Positions 19,934-27,425 of a DNA stretch of 36,122 nucleotides are shown one piece after another. A program made the translations under genes and the position numbers. Source of the stretch: Oxalicibacterium sp. (GTDB lineage Bacteria; Pseudomonadota; Gammaproteobacteria; Burkholderiales; Burkholderiaceae_D); NCBI GenBank assembly GCA_036263255.1, contig DATAHI010000087.1, forward strand, positions 1 to 36,122, given 5' to 3'. Below the pieces are notes generated by a model. It saw only the letters and a program-made list of their open reading frames with translations. It had not been told where the DNA came from and did no database searches. The stretch's first letter is position 1, and the number at the start of each line of letters is the position of its first letter.

Positions 19934-20488
19934 CTATCGGCGATTGTTGTTGTCGGGATGACGGTCATAGCGGTTCGGCACCCCGTCGCCATCGCGATCA
20001 CGGTCGGCGCGGTTCGGTACGCCGTCATGATCGCGATCGCCTTGGCGTGGCGGCGCGCGGTAGCCCCAGTTGCCGTTGCCGCGGTCGCCATGATGATCGT
20101 CGTGATGATCATGATGGTCGTCACGGCGAGGAGGTGGATTGCCGTAATAATGGCCACGATCAAAATGCCGCGGCGGAGGTCCCGGGCGCCAGCCGCCACG
20201 GTTCAGATGCCAGCGGTTATCGATGATGATCCAGGTCGGCGCATCGTAGTAATAGCCTTCGCGTGCCGCCACCCAGTATCCGGGCACCCATACGTATTCC
20301 CTGCCGTTCCAGTCCCAGAAGCCCTGCACCCATTCATAGCCGTAGCGTGGCGGCGGCACCGGTTCATAGACGGGCGCCGGTGGTGGTGGCGTACCGACTT
20401 CCAGCGTGAAGCCGACCTGCGCGTTCGCTGCGCTGGGCAGAATGGCCGCGCCGGTCAGCAGAGCGGCGGCAAGCACGATCGATTTCAT
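19934..20488 (-). CDS. Exported YXWGXW-repeat protein with His/Asp-rich linker and DxDxDG repeats
   Basis: Signal peptide ending ANA, Pro-rich stretch, YEWVQGFW and YVWVPGYW repeats, two DRDxDGVPNR units; SD AGGAG. Confidence 0.85.
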   Translation of the reverse strand: MKSIVLAAALLTGAAILPSAANAQVGFTLEVGTPPPPAPVYEPVPPPRYGYEWVQGFWDWNGREYVWVPGYWVAAREGYYYDAPTWIIIDNRWHLNRGGWRPGPPPRHFDRGHYYGNPPPRRDDHHDHHDDHHGDRGNGNWGYRAPPRQGDRDHDGVPNRADRDRDGDGVPNRYDRHPDNNNRR

Positions 20489-20646
20489 TTCGGACTCCTG
20501 ATGTATTGCATGAAATGACTATATACGGAGGAACGCCCTCTTCCAATCGATAAAGCGTTTGCTTACATTTGAAACAGATTTGCGCAGAGCACGATCAAAT
20601 GTGAAGATCGGAATACGCCGTGTACCGTCAACGCCAGGAGATTCGC

Positions 20647-21900
20647 ATGAAAGAAAGCCTGCATACCCGTTGCTGCATCGCCGGGGGAGGACCGGCCGGC
20701 ATGATGCTTGGATTGTTGCTCGCGCGCGCCGGTGTCGACGTCATCGTGCTGGAAAAGCATGGCGATTTCCTGCGGGATTTTCGCGGCGATACGGTGCATC
20801 CCTCGACGCTGGAACTGATGCGCGAACTCGGTCTGCTGGAAGCCTTCCTGCAACGCCCGCACAACCGCGCGCACGATCTGCATGTGAGCATCGGCGGCCG
20901 CGATCTGACTATCATTGACTTTACGCATGTATCCACGCATTGCAAATTCGTCGCGCTGATGCCGCAATGGGACTTCCTCGATTTCGTGTGTGCGCATGCC
21001 AAGCGGTATCGCGGCTTTCGCCTGATGCAGAATGCGGAAGTCACCGGCCTGCTACAGGATGGTGAACGCGTGACCGGGGTACAGCTCAATACGCCAGACG
21101 GTCCGCAGGAAATCCGTGCCGACCTGGTGATCGGCGCCGATGGCCGCCATTCGACTGTGCGGCGCGCAGCGGAACTGAAAGTGCATGACATTGGCGCGCC
21201 GATCGATGTGCTGTGGATGCGGCTGCCGGGCGCGGCCGGCGATTCTCCGGACACCGGCGCGCACATCGGCCCCGGCCATTTCTTCGTCACCATCCATCGC
21301 GGCGATTACTGGCAATGTGCCTACGTGATTGCAAAGGGCGGTATCGCCGATATCCAGGCGCGCGGGCTGGAGGCGTTCAAGCAGGAACTGGCGCGCGCTG
21401 CACCCTTGTTTGCACATCGCCTCGATGCTTTGCGCAGCTGGGATGACATCAAGCTCTTGAGCGTGACGGTCGATCGGCTGGAACAATGGTGGAAACCCGG
21501 TCTGCTGTGCATCGGCGATGCGGCACATGCGATGTCGCCAATCGGTGGCGTCGGCATCAATCTCGCAATACAGGACGCTGTGGCTACGGCGAATCTTCTC
21601 GCCACCGCACTCGCCGATCCCGCTATCGACAGCCAACAACTCTCACCGCTACTGGCAACGGTGCAGCAACGCAGGATGTTCCCGGTACGAGTGACGCAGG
21701 CGGTTCAGGTCGCGATACAGAACCGCGTGTTGCTGCCGACGATCTCGCGCAGCAGTACGGCGCCGCTCGACATTCCGTTGCCGCTGCGTCTGCTGCAACG
21801 CTGGCCCCGATTGCGTGCGTTGCCGGCGCGGATATTCGCCGTCGGCGTGCGGCCGGAACATGTGCATTCCCCTGCGGATAGCGCATCCCTGCTGCGTTAA
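20647..21900 (+). CDS. FAD-dependent oxidoreductase (flavin monooxygenase family)
   Basis: GGGPAG, RDFRGDT, GADGRHS, GDAAHAMSPIGGVGINLAIQD; start MKESLH with SD AGGAG. Confidence 0.9.
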   Translation: MKESLHTRCCIAGGGPAGMMLGLLLARAGVDVIVLEKHGDFLRDFRGDTVHPSTLELMRELGLLEAFLQRPHNRAHDLHVSIGGRDLTIIDFTHVSTHCKFVALMPQWDFLDFVCAHAKRYRGFRLMQNAEVTGLLQDGERVTGVQLNTPDGPQEIRADLVIGADGRHSTVRRAAELKVHDIGAPIDVLWMRLPGAAGDSPDTGAHIGPGHFFVTIHRGDYWQCAYVIAKGGIADIQARGLEAFKQELARAAPLFAHRLDALRSWDDIKLLSVTVDRLEQWWKPGLLCIGDAAHAMSPIGGVGINLAIQDAVATANLLATALADPAIDSQQLSPLLATVQQRRMFPVRVTQAVQVAIQNRVLLPTISRSSTAPLDIPLPLRLLQRWPRLRALPARIFAVGVRPEHVHSPADSASLLR

Positions 21901-22078
21901 AACGCTACAGCAGTTCTTCCCGGCAAGAACGTGTCTTCCTACACGTTTTTCGGAAAAACACTGATCCAAAAAACAAGCAAGGTGATCTATTCTGCACGCC
22001 TGATCGCGACGAAAGTTCGCGGCGTGTGAAAGCAGAAAACTGTTTTCGTCCTTCCACTCACCGACAAGGAAACCGCCC

Positions 22079-22258
22079 ATGTACCGCAACGAAACGTACC
22101 AACCGTGCCTCTCGCTGCAAGCCACGATGGCGACGCAAAAGGACAAGAAACACGGCTCCGAAGACAATACGCACTCTCACTCCGAAGAGCATCCGCGTGC
22201 GTCCCGCACGATTACGGTTGTACCTTTCAGCCGCGTGTCGACTGGATCCTTCCAGTAA
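22079..22258 (+). CDS. Hypothetical 59-aa small protein (below ORF-track cutoff)
   Basis: SD AAGGA 8 nt before ATG; MYRNETYQPCLSLQATMATQKDKKHGSEDNTHSHSEEHPRASRTITVVPFSRVSTGSFQ*; followed by a terminator. Confidence 0.55.
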   Translation: MYRNETYQPCLSLQATMATQKDKKHGSEDNTHSHSEEHPRASRTITVVPFSRVSTGSFQ

Positions 22259-22284
22259 GGATTTCCGCTCGGCCTAGCCGAAAC

Positions 22285-22315
22285 AAAAAAGGGCGCCGCG
22301 GCGCCCTTTGTTTTT
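22285..22315. terminator. Bidirectional terminator between the small ORF and nhaR
   Basis: AAAAAAGGGCGC-cgcg-GCGCCCTTTGTTTTT. Confidence 0.88.
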
Positions 22316-22327
22316 ATCTTCGTGAAA

Positions 22328-23227
22328 TCAGCTGATCAGGCTTTCGCGCGCGGCAGAACTGATGGCGACCACTGCCGGGTGTGTCAGATGGCGTTCCACT
22401 GAAATTGCATAGAACTGCTCCGTCACGGCATTCGTGCGGCCAATTTCGGTTACACCGTGCTGCTTCTTGATCTGCTCTGCGACGGCGGATGGCGCCGAAA
22501 AAATACCGGTACCGGCTTCGCCGAACGCTTGCAGCAAAGCACCATCGTCAAATTCGCCGACGATATTCGGACGGATTTTTTCCTTCTCGAACCAGCGCAG
22601 CAAACGCGGCCGCACTGCCGCATCTTCGCCCGGCATCAGGAAAGGCGCGCCATCCATGCTTTTTGGAAAGTCCTTCTTGTAATCCTTGGCCAGTTCCTTC
22701 GTCGCAAAGAACGTCATGCCGGATTCGCCCAGCAAGTGGTTGTAGCCACGCACATCGATATTGGCCGGCATTGGACTATCCGCAATCACAATATCGAGGC
22801 GATGTATTGCGAGATCCGCCAGCAGGCTGGTCAGCTTGCCTTCACGGCAGACAATGCGCAAGGATTCCGGCAGCTCCATCGCGGGCTCCAGCAGCAGATA
22901 GGCAATGGCCTTGGGCACTGCATCGGCGACGCCGACACGAAACTGCAGCGGCCAGCCACCCGGACGGAATCGCAGCACTTCCTGCAATTCCTCGCCCAAG
23001 GTAAATATCTCGTCGGCATAACCAAGCACCACGCGTCCGGCGTCGTTGAGCTCGAGCCTGCGGCCAACGCGGTTGAATAGCTTGTAGCCAAGCACATCCT
23101 CGAATAGCGTGATCTGCCCGCTGATGGTTTGCGGTGTCAGATGCAGTCGCTCGCTGGCGCGGCCGATGCCGCCGGACTTGGCGACGACCCAGAAATAGTG
23201 CAGATGCTTGTAATTGATTGCTCCCAT
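22328..23227 (-). CDS. nhaR: LysR-family transcriptional activator NhaR
   Basis: NYKHLHYFWVVAKSG, LTPQTISGQI, VGVADAVPKAIAY, GEFDDGALL..FG, ER..THPAV: NhaR-subfamily signatures. Confidence 0.9.
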   Translation of the reverse strand: MGAINYKHLHYFWVVAKSGGIGRASERLHLTPQTISGQITLFEDVLGYKLFNRVGRRLELNDAGRVVLGYADEIFTLGEELQEVLRFRPGGWPLQFRVGVADAVPKAIAYLLLEPAMELPESLRIVCREGKLTSLLADLAIHRLDIVIADSPMPANIDVRGYNHLLGESGMTFFATKELAKDYKKDFPKSMDGAPFLMPGEDAAVRPRLLRWFEKEKIRPNIVGEFDDGALLQAFGEAGTGIFSAPSAVAEQIKKQHGVTEIGRTNAVTEQFYAISVERHLTHPAVVAISSAARESLIS

Positions 23228-23239
23228 CGCGGCGACCTC

Positions 23240-23305
23240 TCCGTTTTTAACGAAATCTTAACGTATTATATTCGAATTTTCAGCACGGTCGACACCGACT
23301 ATAGT
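23240..23305 (+). promoter_or_regulatory. Putative NhaR (LysR) sites and -10 of the yccA promoter
   Basis: TCCG-N7-CGAA (23240-23254), a second TTCG half-site at 23271 and TATAGT at 23300-23305 in the divergent intergenic region. Confidence 0.5.
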
Positions 23306-23380
23306 GAATTTTCCTGATATCGGGCCAATGCCCATTTGGGCGTGGCCGTACAGGCTTTCACTTCTTATGGAGATTTGACT

Positions 23381-24073
23381 ATGCACCCGATCGATCACAT
23401 TCGCGACCGCCATCCGACAGTCTCGACACGGTCGAGCGCCTTCGACACGCTGGCGGGCAACAAGCTCATCCGCAACACCTATCTGCTGCTCGCGATGACG
23501 CTGCTGTTCAGCGCGGCGACAGCCGCCATTACCATGGTCCTCGGCCTGCCCGGCCCGGGATTGCTGATTACCCTGGTCGGCTATTTCGGCCTGCTGTTTC
23601 TGACCACGAAGTTTCGTAACCAGGGATGGGGCGTGGCCTGCGTATTCGCGCTGACCGGCTTCATGGGCTATACGCTGGGGCCGATCCTGAACGTCTATCT
23701 CGGCCTGCCGAACGGTCCGCAAACGGTGATGATGGCCTTCGCCGCCACCGCGGCGATCTTCGTCGGACTCTCCCTCTATGCGCTGCAGAGCCGCAAGGAC
23801 TTCAGCTACATGGGCGGCTTTCTGACGGTTGGCATTCTGGTCGGCTTTCTGGCCTCGCTGGGCGCGGTGTTCTTTGAAATACCGGCACTGTCGCTGGCTG
23901 TCTCCGCTGCATTCGTGCTGCTGATGTCTGGCCTGATCCTGTACGAGACGAGCAACATCGTTCACGGCGGCGAAACGAACTATGTGATGGCGACCGTGAC
24001 CCTGTTCGTGTCGATCTTCAATCTGTTCACCAGTCTGCTGCAACTGCTCGGCGTAGTGAACAAGGACGAATAA
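23381..24073 (+). CDS. yccA: Bax inhibitor-1/YccA-family membrane protein (FtsH modulator)
   Basis: NKLIRNTYLLL, FALTGFMGYTLGPIL, ILYETSNIVHGGETNY; about 7 TM segments; start MHPIDH with SD GGAG. Confidence 0.9.
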   Translation: MHPIDHIRDRHPTVSTRSSAFDTLAGNKLIRNTYLLLAMTLLFSAATAAITMVLGLPGPGLLITLVGYFGLLFLTTKFRNQGWGVACVFALTGFMGYTLGPILNVYLGLPNGPQTVMMAFAATAAIFVGLSLYALQSRKDFSYMGGFLTVGILVGFLASLGAVFFEIPALSLAVSAAFVLLMSGLILYETSNIVHGGETNYVMATVTLFVSIFNLFTSLLQLLGVVNKDE

Positions 24074-24091
24074 CGTAAAGGAGAAGCGCTG

Positions 24092-24376
24092 ATGAAATGT
24101 CCCACGTGCAGGGAGCAGGAACTGCTGATGTCCGACCGGCAGGGCATCGAGATCGATTACTGCCCGCAATGCCGCGGGGTATGGCTCGATCGAGGCGAGC
24201 TGGACAAGATCATCGACCGTTCGGGCAGTGCAGAACCACCGTCACGGCCTGCGCCCGCGCCCGCGCATCGCGATCCACATCAGCCTTCGCATTTCGATAG
24301 CCGCGTCGATTACAAGAGCGGTTATGGTTACCGGAAGAAAAAGGGATTCCTTGGCGATCTCTTCGATTTCGACTGA
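24092..24376 (+). CDS. zf-TFIIB-type zinc-ribbon protein
   Basis: CPTC...IEIDYCPQCRGVWLDRGELDKII and C-terminal KKKGFLGDLFD; SD AAGGAG. Confidence 0.9.
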   Translation: MKCPTCREQELLMSDRQGIEIDYCPQCRGVWLDRGELDKIIDRSGSAEPPSRPAPAPAHRDPHQPSHFDSRVDYKSGYGYRKKKGFLGDLFDFD

Positions 24377-24393
24377 AGGTCCAAGCCCGTTTC

Positions 24394-24430
24394 AACGGCT
24401 TCGCATTTTGCGGCGAAGCCGTTCTTTTTC
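24394..24430 (+). terminator. Terminator after the zinc-ribbon gene
   Basis: AACGGCTTCGC-attttgcg-GCGAAGCCGTT-CTTTTTC. Confidence 0.8.
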
Positions 24431-24495
24431 TTCATCGCGGCCTCAGCCGGGTGCTGGTATCATCGCCCCCTGTTTTCAGCTGATACAGGAGCATC

Positions 24496-25116
24496 ATGGA
24501 CGCCATCACCGCACTCGAACGCCTGCGCGAAGGCAATCGCCGTTTCGTTGCCGGCAAACCGACCGCCACCAACATTCCGATCCACGCCCGCCGTAACGAA
24601 GTCGTCGACGGCCAGGAACCATTCGCGATCATTCTCGGCTGCTCCGATTCGCGCGTGCCGGCAGAAATGGTGTTCGATCAAGGCCTAGGCGATCTGTTCG
24701 TGATCCGCGTCGCGGGCAACATCGTCGCTCCTTCGCAAGTCGGCAGTGTGGAATTCGCGGCGGACCGCTTCAAGACCAAGTTGGTCGTCGTGCTCGGGCA
24801 CTCGCAATGCGGCGCCATCACCGCCACGCTCGAAGCCCTGCAACATCCGAACAAGAGCGCATCGCCGAGCCTGCAATCCATCGTGGATCGCATTCGCCCC
24901 GCGGTCGAAACCTTGATGGATACCGGGCTGCAGCATCGCCACGATGAACTCGTGCATCAATCCGTGCGCGCTAATATCCGTGCCTCGGCCAGCCATTTGC
25001 GCCATGGTTCGTCGATCCTGGAAAATTTGATCGAGAACGAGGGGCTGCTGGTGGTCGGCGCCGAATATTCGCTGGAAACCGGCAAGGTCGATTTCTTCGA
25101 CGGCGTGCCGACCTAA
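24496..25116 (+). CDS. Beta-class carbonic anhydrase
   Basis: L.EGNRRF, GCSDSRVP, GDLFVIRVAGN, GHSQCGA zinc ligands; SD AGGAG; own extended -10 TGgTATCAT at 24455-24463. Confidence 0.95.
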   Translation: MDAITALERLREGNRRFVAGKPTATNIPIHARRNEVVDGQEPFAIILGCSDSRVPAEMVFDQGLGDLFVIRVAGNIVAPSQVGSVEFAADRFKTKLVVVLGHSQCGAITATLEALQHPNKSASPSLQSIVDRIRPAVETLMDTGLQHRHDELVHQSVRANIRASASHLRHGSSILENLIENEGLLVVGAEYSLETGKVDFFDGVPT

Positions 25117-25124
25117 GCGGGCGA

Positions 25125-26261
25125 TCAGTACTCGAGGCTCAGCGTCACCGAGCCGAAGCTGTGCGTGTCCTTCTGCGTGCGGAATTCCTTGCTGCTCACA
25201 TACTGCGCGTAAGTGATCTTGCCGCCCGGCCATTGCCATGCGATGCCGGCAGCCGCCGAACCGACGAAGTATTTCTTGTCGACCTTGTGGCTGTCGGCAA
25301 AGGTATTCCCATCGAGGAAAATATCATGCGCCACCGCCCGCGCATCCAGCGAGACGAATCCATATAGGCCGCTCTCTGCCATGCGACGCGAAACGCCTTC
25401 CGACAAGGGTGCATTGCTGTCACCTGCCGGGCGAATCGGCGAAACGCCAAAGTCATTCGGCAGAAAGCTGCCGATGCGCATTTCCATTCCCGCATTCAGA
25501 TATGTCCGCACATTGCCGAGGCTGTAGCCGTAGTGCGTAATCGCGTCGATCTGCGGGCCGCTGCGTTCGGCGTAGCGGTAAATCCTGTCCTTGCGTTCAC
25601 GCACGAATTGCACCCCCAGCTCGTCGTGCAGCTGATTGTCCCACCCCTGGAAACGGTCGAAGCCACGTAGATCGTGAATGAAGTTCTGTGACTGACGCGC
25701 TAATGAGGCAGGACCCACTACGCCAATGTCGATTTCAGTTGTGTCCATCCGGTTCTCGGTACGCGCGTTGTACGCGAAACCCATGTACAGCCAGCCCGCG
25801 TACGGACGATCGTCCTTGATGACGTCGCGCCGTTTCGGGTCAGTAGGCGTATAGATGTCCTGGCCGAAAGTCACGACCATGTTGCGCGCATCGAAAGCAC
25901 CGGGCTGCAGCTGTTCCGAATAGCGATTCAGCTCCCGCACCCAATGCGGCAGGCAGGGATCATTGACGTAATCCTCAAGATTGGCCGAAATCCACGAGAG
26001 CTTTACGCCATTGGTGTAATTGTTGTCGCTGCCGGTAAAGAGATCGTTTTCGAAATAAAGATTGTAGACGTCCGGATATTGCTTCAGCGCCCGCACGCCA
26101 GGCTTGGCGCCGCAACGCTCTGCGGATGAGTTGCCTTCAGATGGATCTTGTTTTGCCGCTCCTGCATGTGCCACCAGAATCAGTAGCAGGCAACAGCAAA
26201 GAGAACGGCGAGGCAATGCAGATAAGCGGGATATGCGCATGAAGAACGAGATGAATGACAT
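25125..26261 (-). CDS. LpxR-family lipid A deacylase (DUF2219) outer-membrane protein
   Basis: ENDLF..D..YTNG, GQDIYTP, DRPYAGWLY, GVVGPAS, Q..IH, GWDNQL, FLDGN, C-terminal aromatic residue; start 26261 or 26240. Confidence 0.85.
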   Translation of the reverse strand: MSFISFFMRISRLSALPRRSLCCCLLLILVAHAGAAKQDPSEGNSSAERCGAKPGVRALKQYPDVYNLYFENDLFTGSDNNYTNGVKLSWISANLEDYVNDPCLPHWVRELNRYSEQLQPGAFDARNMVVTFGQDIYTPTDPKRRDVIKDDRPYAGWLYMGFAYNARTENRMDTTEIDIGVVGPASLARQSQNFIHDLRGFDRFQGWDNQLHDELGVQFVRERKDRIYRYAERSGPQIDAITHYGYSLGNVRTYLNAGMEMRIGSFLPNDFGVSPIRPAGDSNAPLSEGVSRRMAESGLYGFVSLDARAVAHDIFLDGNTFADSHKVDKKYFVGSAAAGIAWQWPGGKITYAQYVSSKEFRTQKDTHSFGSVTLSLEY

Positions 26262-26369
26262 CGCAGACAGTTTAACCGCGGCATGGACAGCGTGTAGCTG
26301 CGTAGCCAACATGCGCGGGAGAGGCACTTCCCTTACACTAGACGTTTTCGATTTCCCAGGCAGACCAAC

Positions 26370-27086
26370 ATGAAACCGTTTCGCATCACGACCGTTCTGC
26401 TGGCGCTGGCAGCGCTGCTCGCCGGTTGCGCCGGCAACAAGCTTTCTTCCGGCGAACGCGCCGGACTGTCGGGCCATTTGCAGGGCAGTGTCACGTATCG
26501 GGAACGCGTTGCGCTGCCGATTGATGCACGGATCATCGTCCGTCTGGAAGATGTGAGCCGCAAGGATGCGAGCGGTTCCTTCGTTGCGCAACAAACGCTG
26601 CATCCGCGCACTGAAGTGCCGGTCGCTTTCGATTTGCGCTACTTGCCGTCCGCAATCGATACGACGCATCGCTATGCGCTGCACGCTTCCATCGTCGACG
26701 CGCAGGACGAATTGCTGTGGATTTCCTCAGAACCGACGCCGATCTTGTTCACCGATGGCGACAAGCCAGTGGTGGTGACCGTTGCACGCGTGCTCGACCC
26801 TGACGCTACGCCGCCGCATCCGGCCAACTCCGTAGTGGGTTTCAAGTGCGACGACTTTGCCTTTCTCGCCAAGTTCTTTACCGACAAGGTGGAAATTGCA
26901 CTGGCTGGCCGCACGCTGAGCCTGCCGCAGGTCCTGTCCGGTTCGGGCGCGCGTTACAGCGACGGCAAGACGACCTTCTGGAGCAAGGGAGACACGGCGC
27001 TATTCCATATGAACGGCATTGATTACAAAGGTTGCCGTGTCGACCCTGAAACCCGCCCGAACGATCTGGCGCCGGCTCGCCGTTAA
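26370..27086 (+). CDS. Lipoprotein: YbaY/YscW domain fused to an MliC lysozyme-inhibitor domain
   Basis: Lipobox LAGC; GSVTYRERVALP..A...VRLEDVSR (YbaY); C...LPQVLSGSGARY...FWSKG...C (MliC). Confidence 0.85.
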   Translation: MKPFRITTVLLALAALLAGCAGNKLSSGERAGLSGHLQGSVTYRERVALPIDARIIVRLEDVSRKDASGSFVAQQTLHPRTEVPVAFDLRYLPSAIDTTHRYALHASIVDAQDELLWISSEPTPILFTDGDKPVVVTVARVLDPDATPPHPANSVVGFKCDDFAFLAKFFTDKVEIALAGRTLSLPQVLSGSGARYSDGKTTFWSKGDTALFHMNGIDYKGCRVDPETRPNDLAPARR

Positions 27087-27379
27087 GCGCGCAATTGCCA
27101 CACGCCTTCGCGCCGCAGACAGAAGCGGCGCTTGTCGGCTCGGTCGAGACACTTCATCGCGTACTCTGCACGCAAGGCCGAAGAACGATCCTCATAACGC
27201 ACCACCGCCAGCAGACGGCGCGGCGGATGGGAACGCGTATAGCGCGCGCCTTTACCTTTCGCATGTGCGGCATAACGGGCAGCAACATCGCGGGCGATGC
27301 CGGCATACAAGCTGCCGTCGCTGCATTCGAGCACATATAAGAACCAGCAGGATGGCGCAGCCGAACCTGCTGCACGCAT
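27083..27379 (-). CDS. GIY-YIG nuclease, UPF0213/YhbQ-like
   Basis: FLYVLECSDGSLYAGIA, H..GKGARYTR, SALRAEY; start uncertain (27379 or 27424/27427). Confidence 0.85.
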   Translation of the reverse strand: MRAAGSAAPSCWFLYVLECSDGSLYAGIARDVAARYAAHAKGKGARYTRSHPPRRLLAVVRYEDRSSALRAEYAMKCLDRADKRRFCLRREGVWQLRA

Positions 27380-27425
27380 GACGTCCGCTTCGCTATACTG
27401 GAGCGATTCTTCTGCTTCGGGCATC

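Noticed and set aside
19740-20045. CRISPR-like or mobile DNA repeat
   Set aside because: Repeats are degenerate at synonymous positions and encode the DRDxDGVPNR peptide; no constant repeat-spacer period and no cas genes
21995-22035. Hammerhead ribozyme or c-di-GMP-I riboswitch (CTGAT...GAAA)
   Set aside because: Lacks the CUGANGA core and three-stem geometry, and lacks the GCAAA/GGGACGCAAAGCC-like elements of c-di-GMP-I; kept only as a generic hairpin
26262-26684. Long N-terminal extensions in ORF-track calls (lpxR from 26684; likewise tamB 30962, tamA 29215, lpxK 12673, exbB 13772, cysP 16725)
   Set aside because: They overlap neighbouring genes or regulatory DNA and precede the evident signal peptides or RBS-supported starts
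27083-27379. Homing endonuclease or intron-encoded GIY-YIG
   Set aside because: Stand-alone ~100-aa UPF0213 type with no DNA-binding extension and no interrupted host gene
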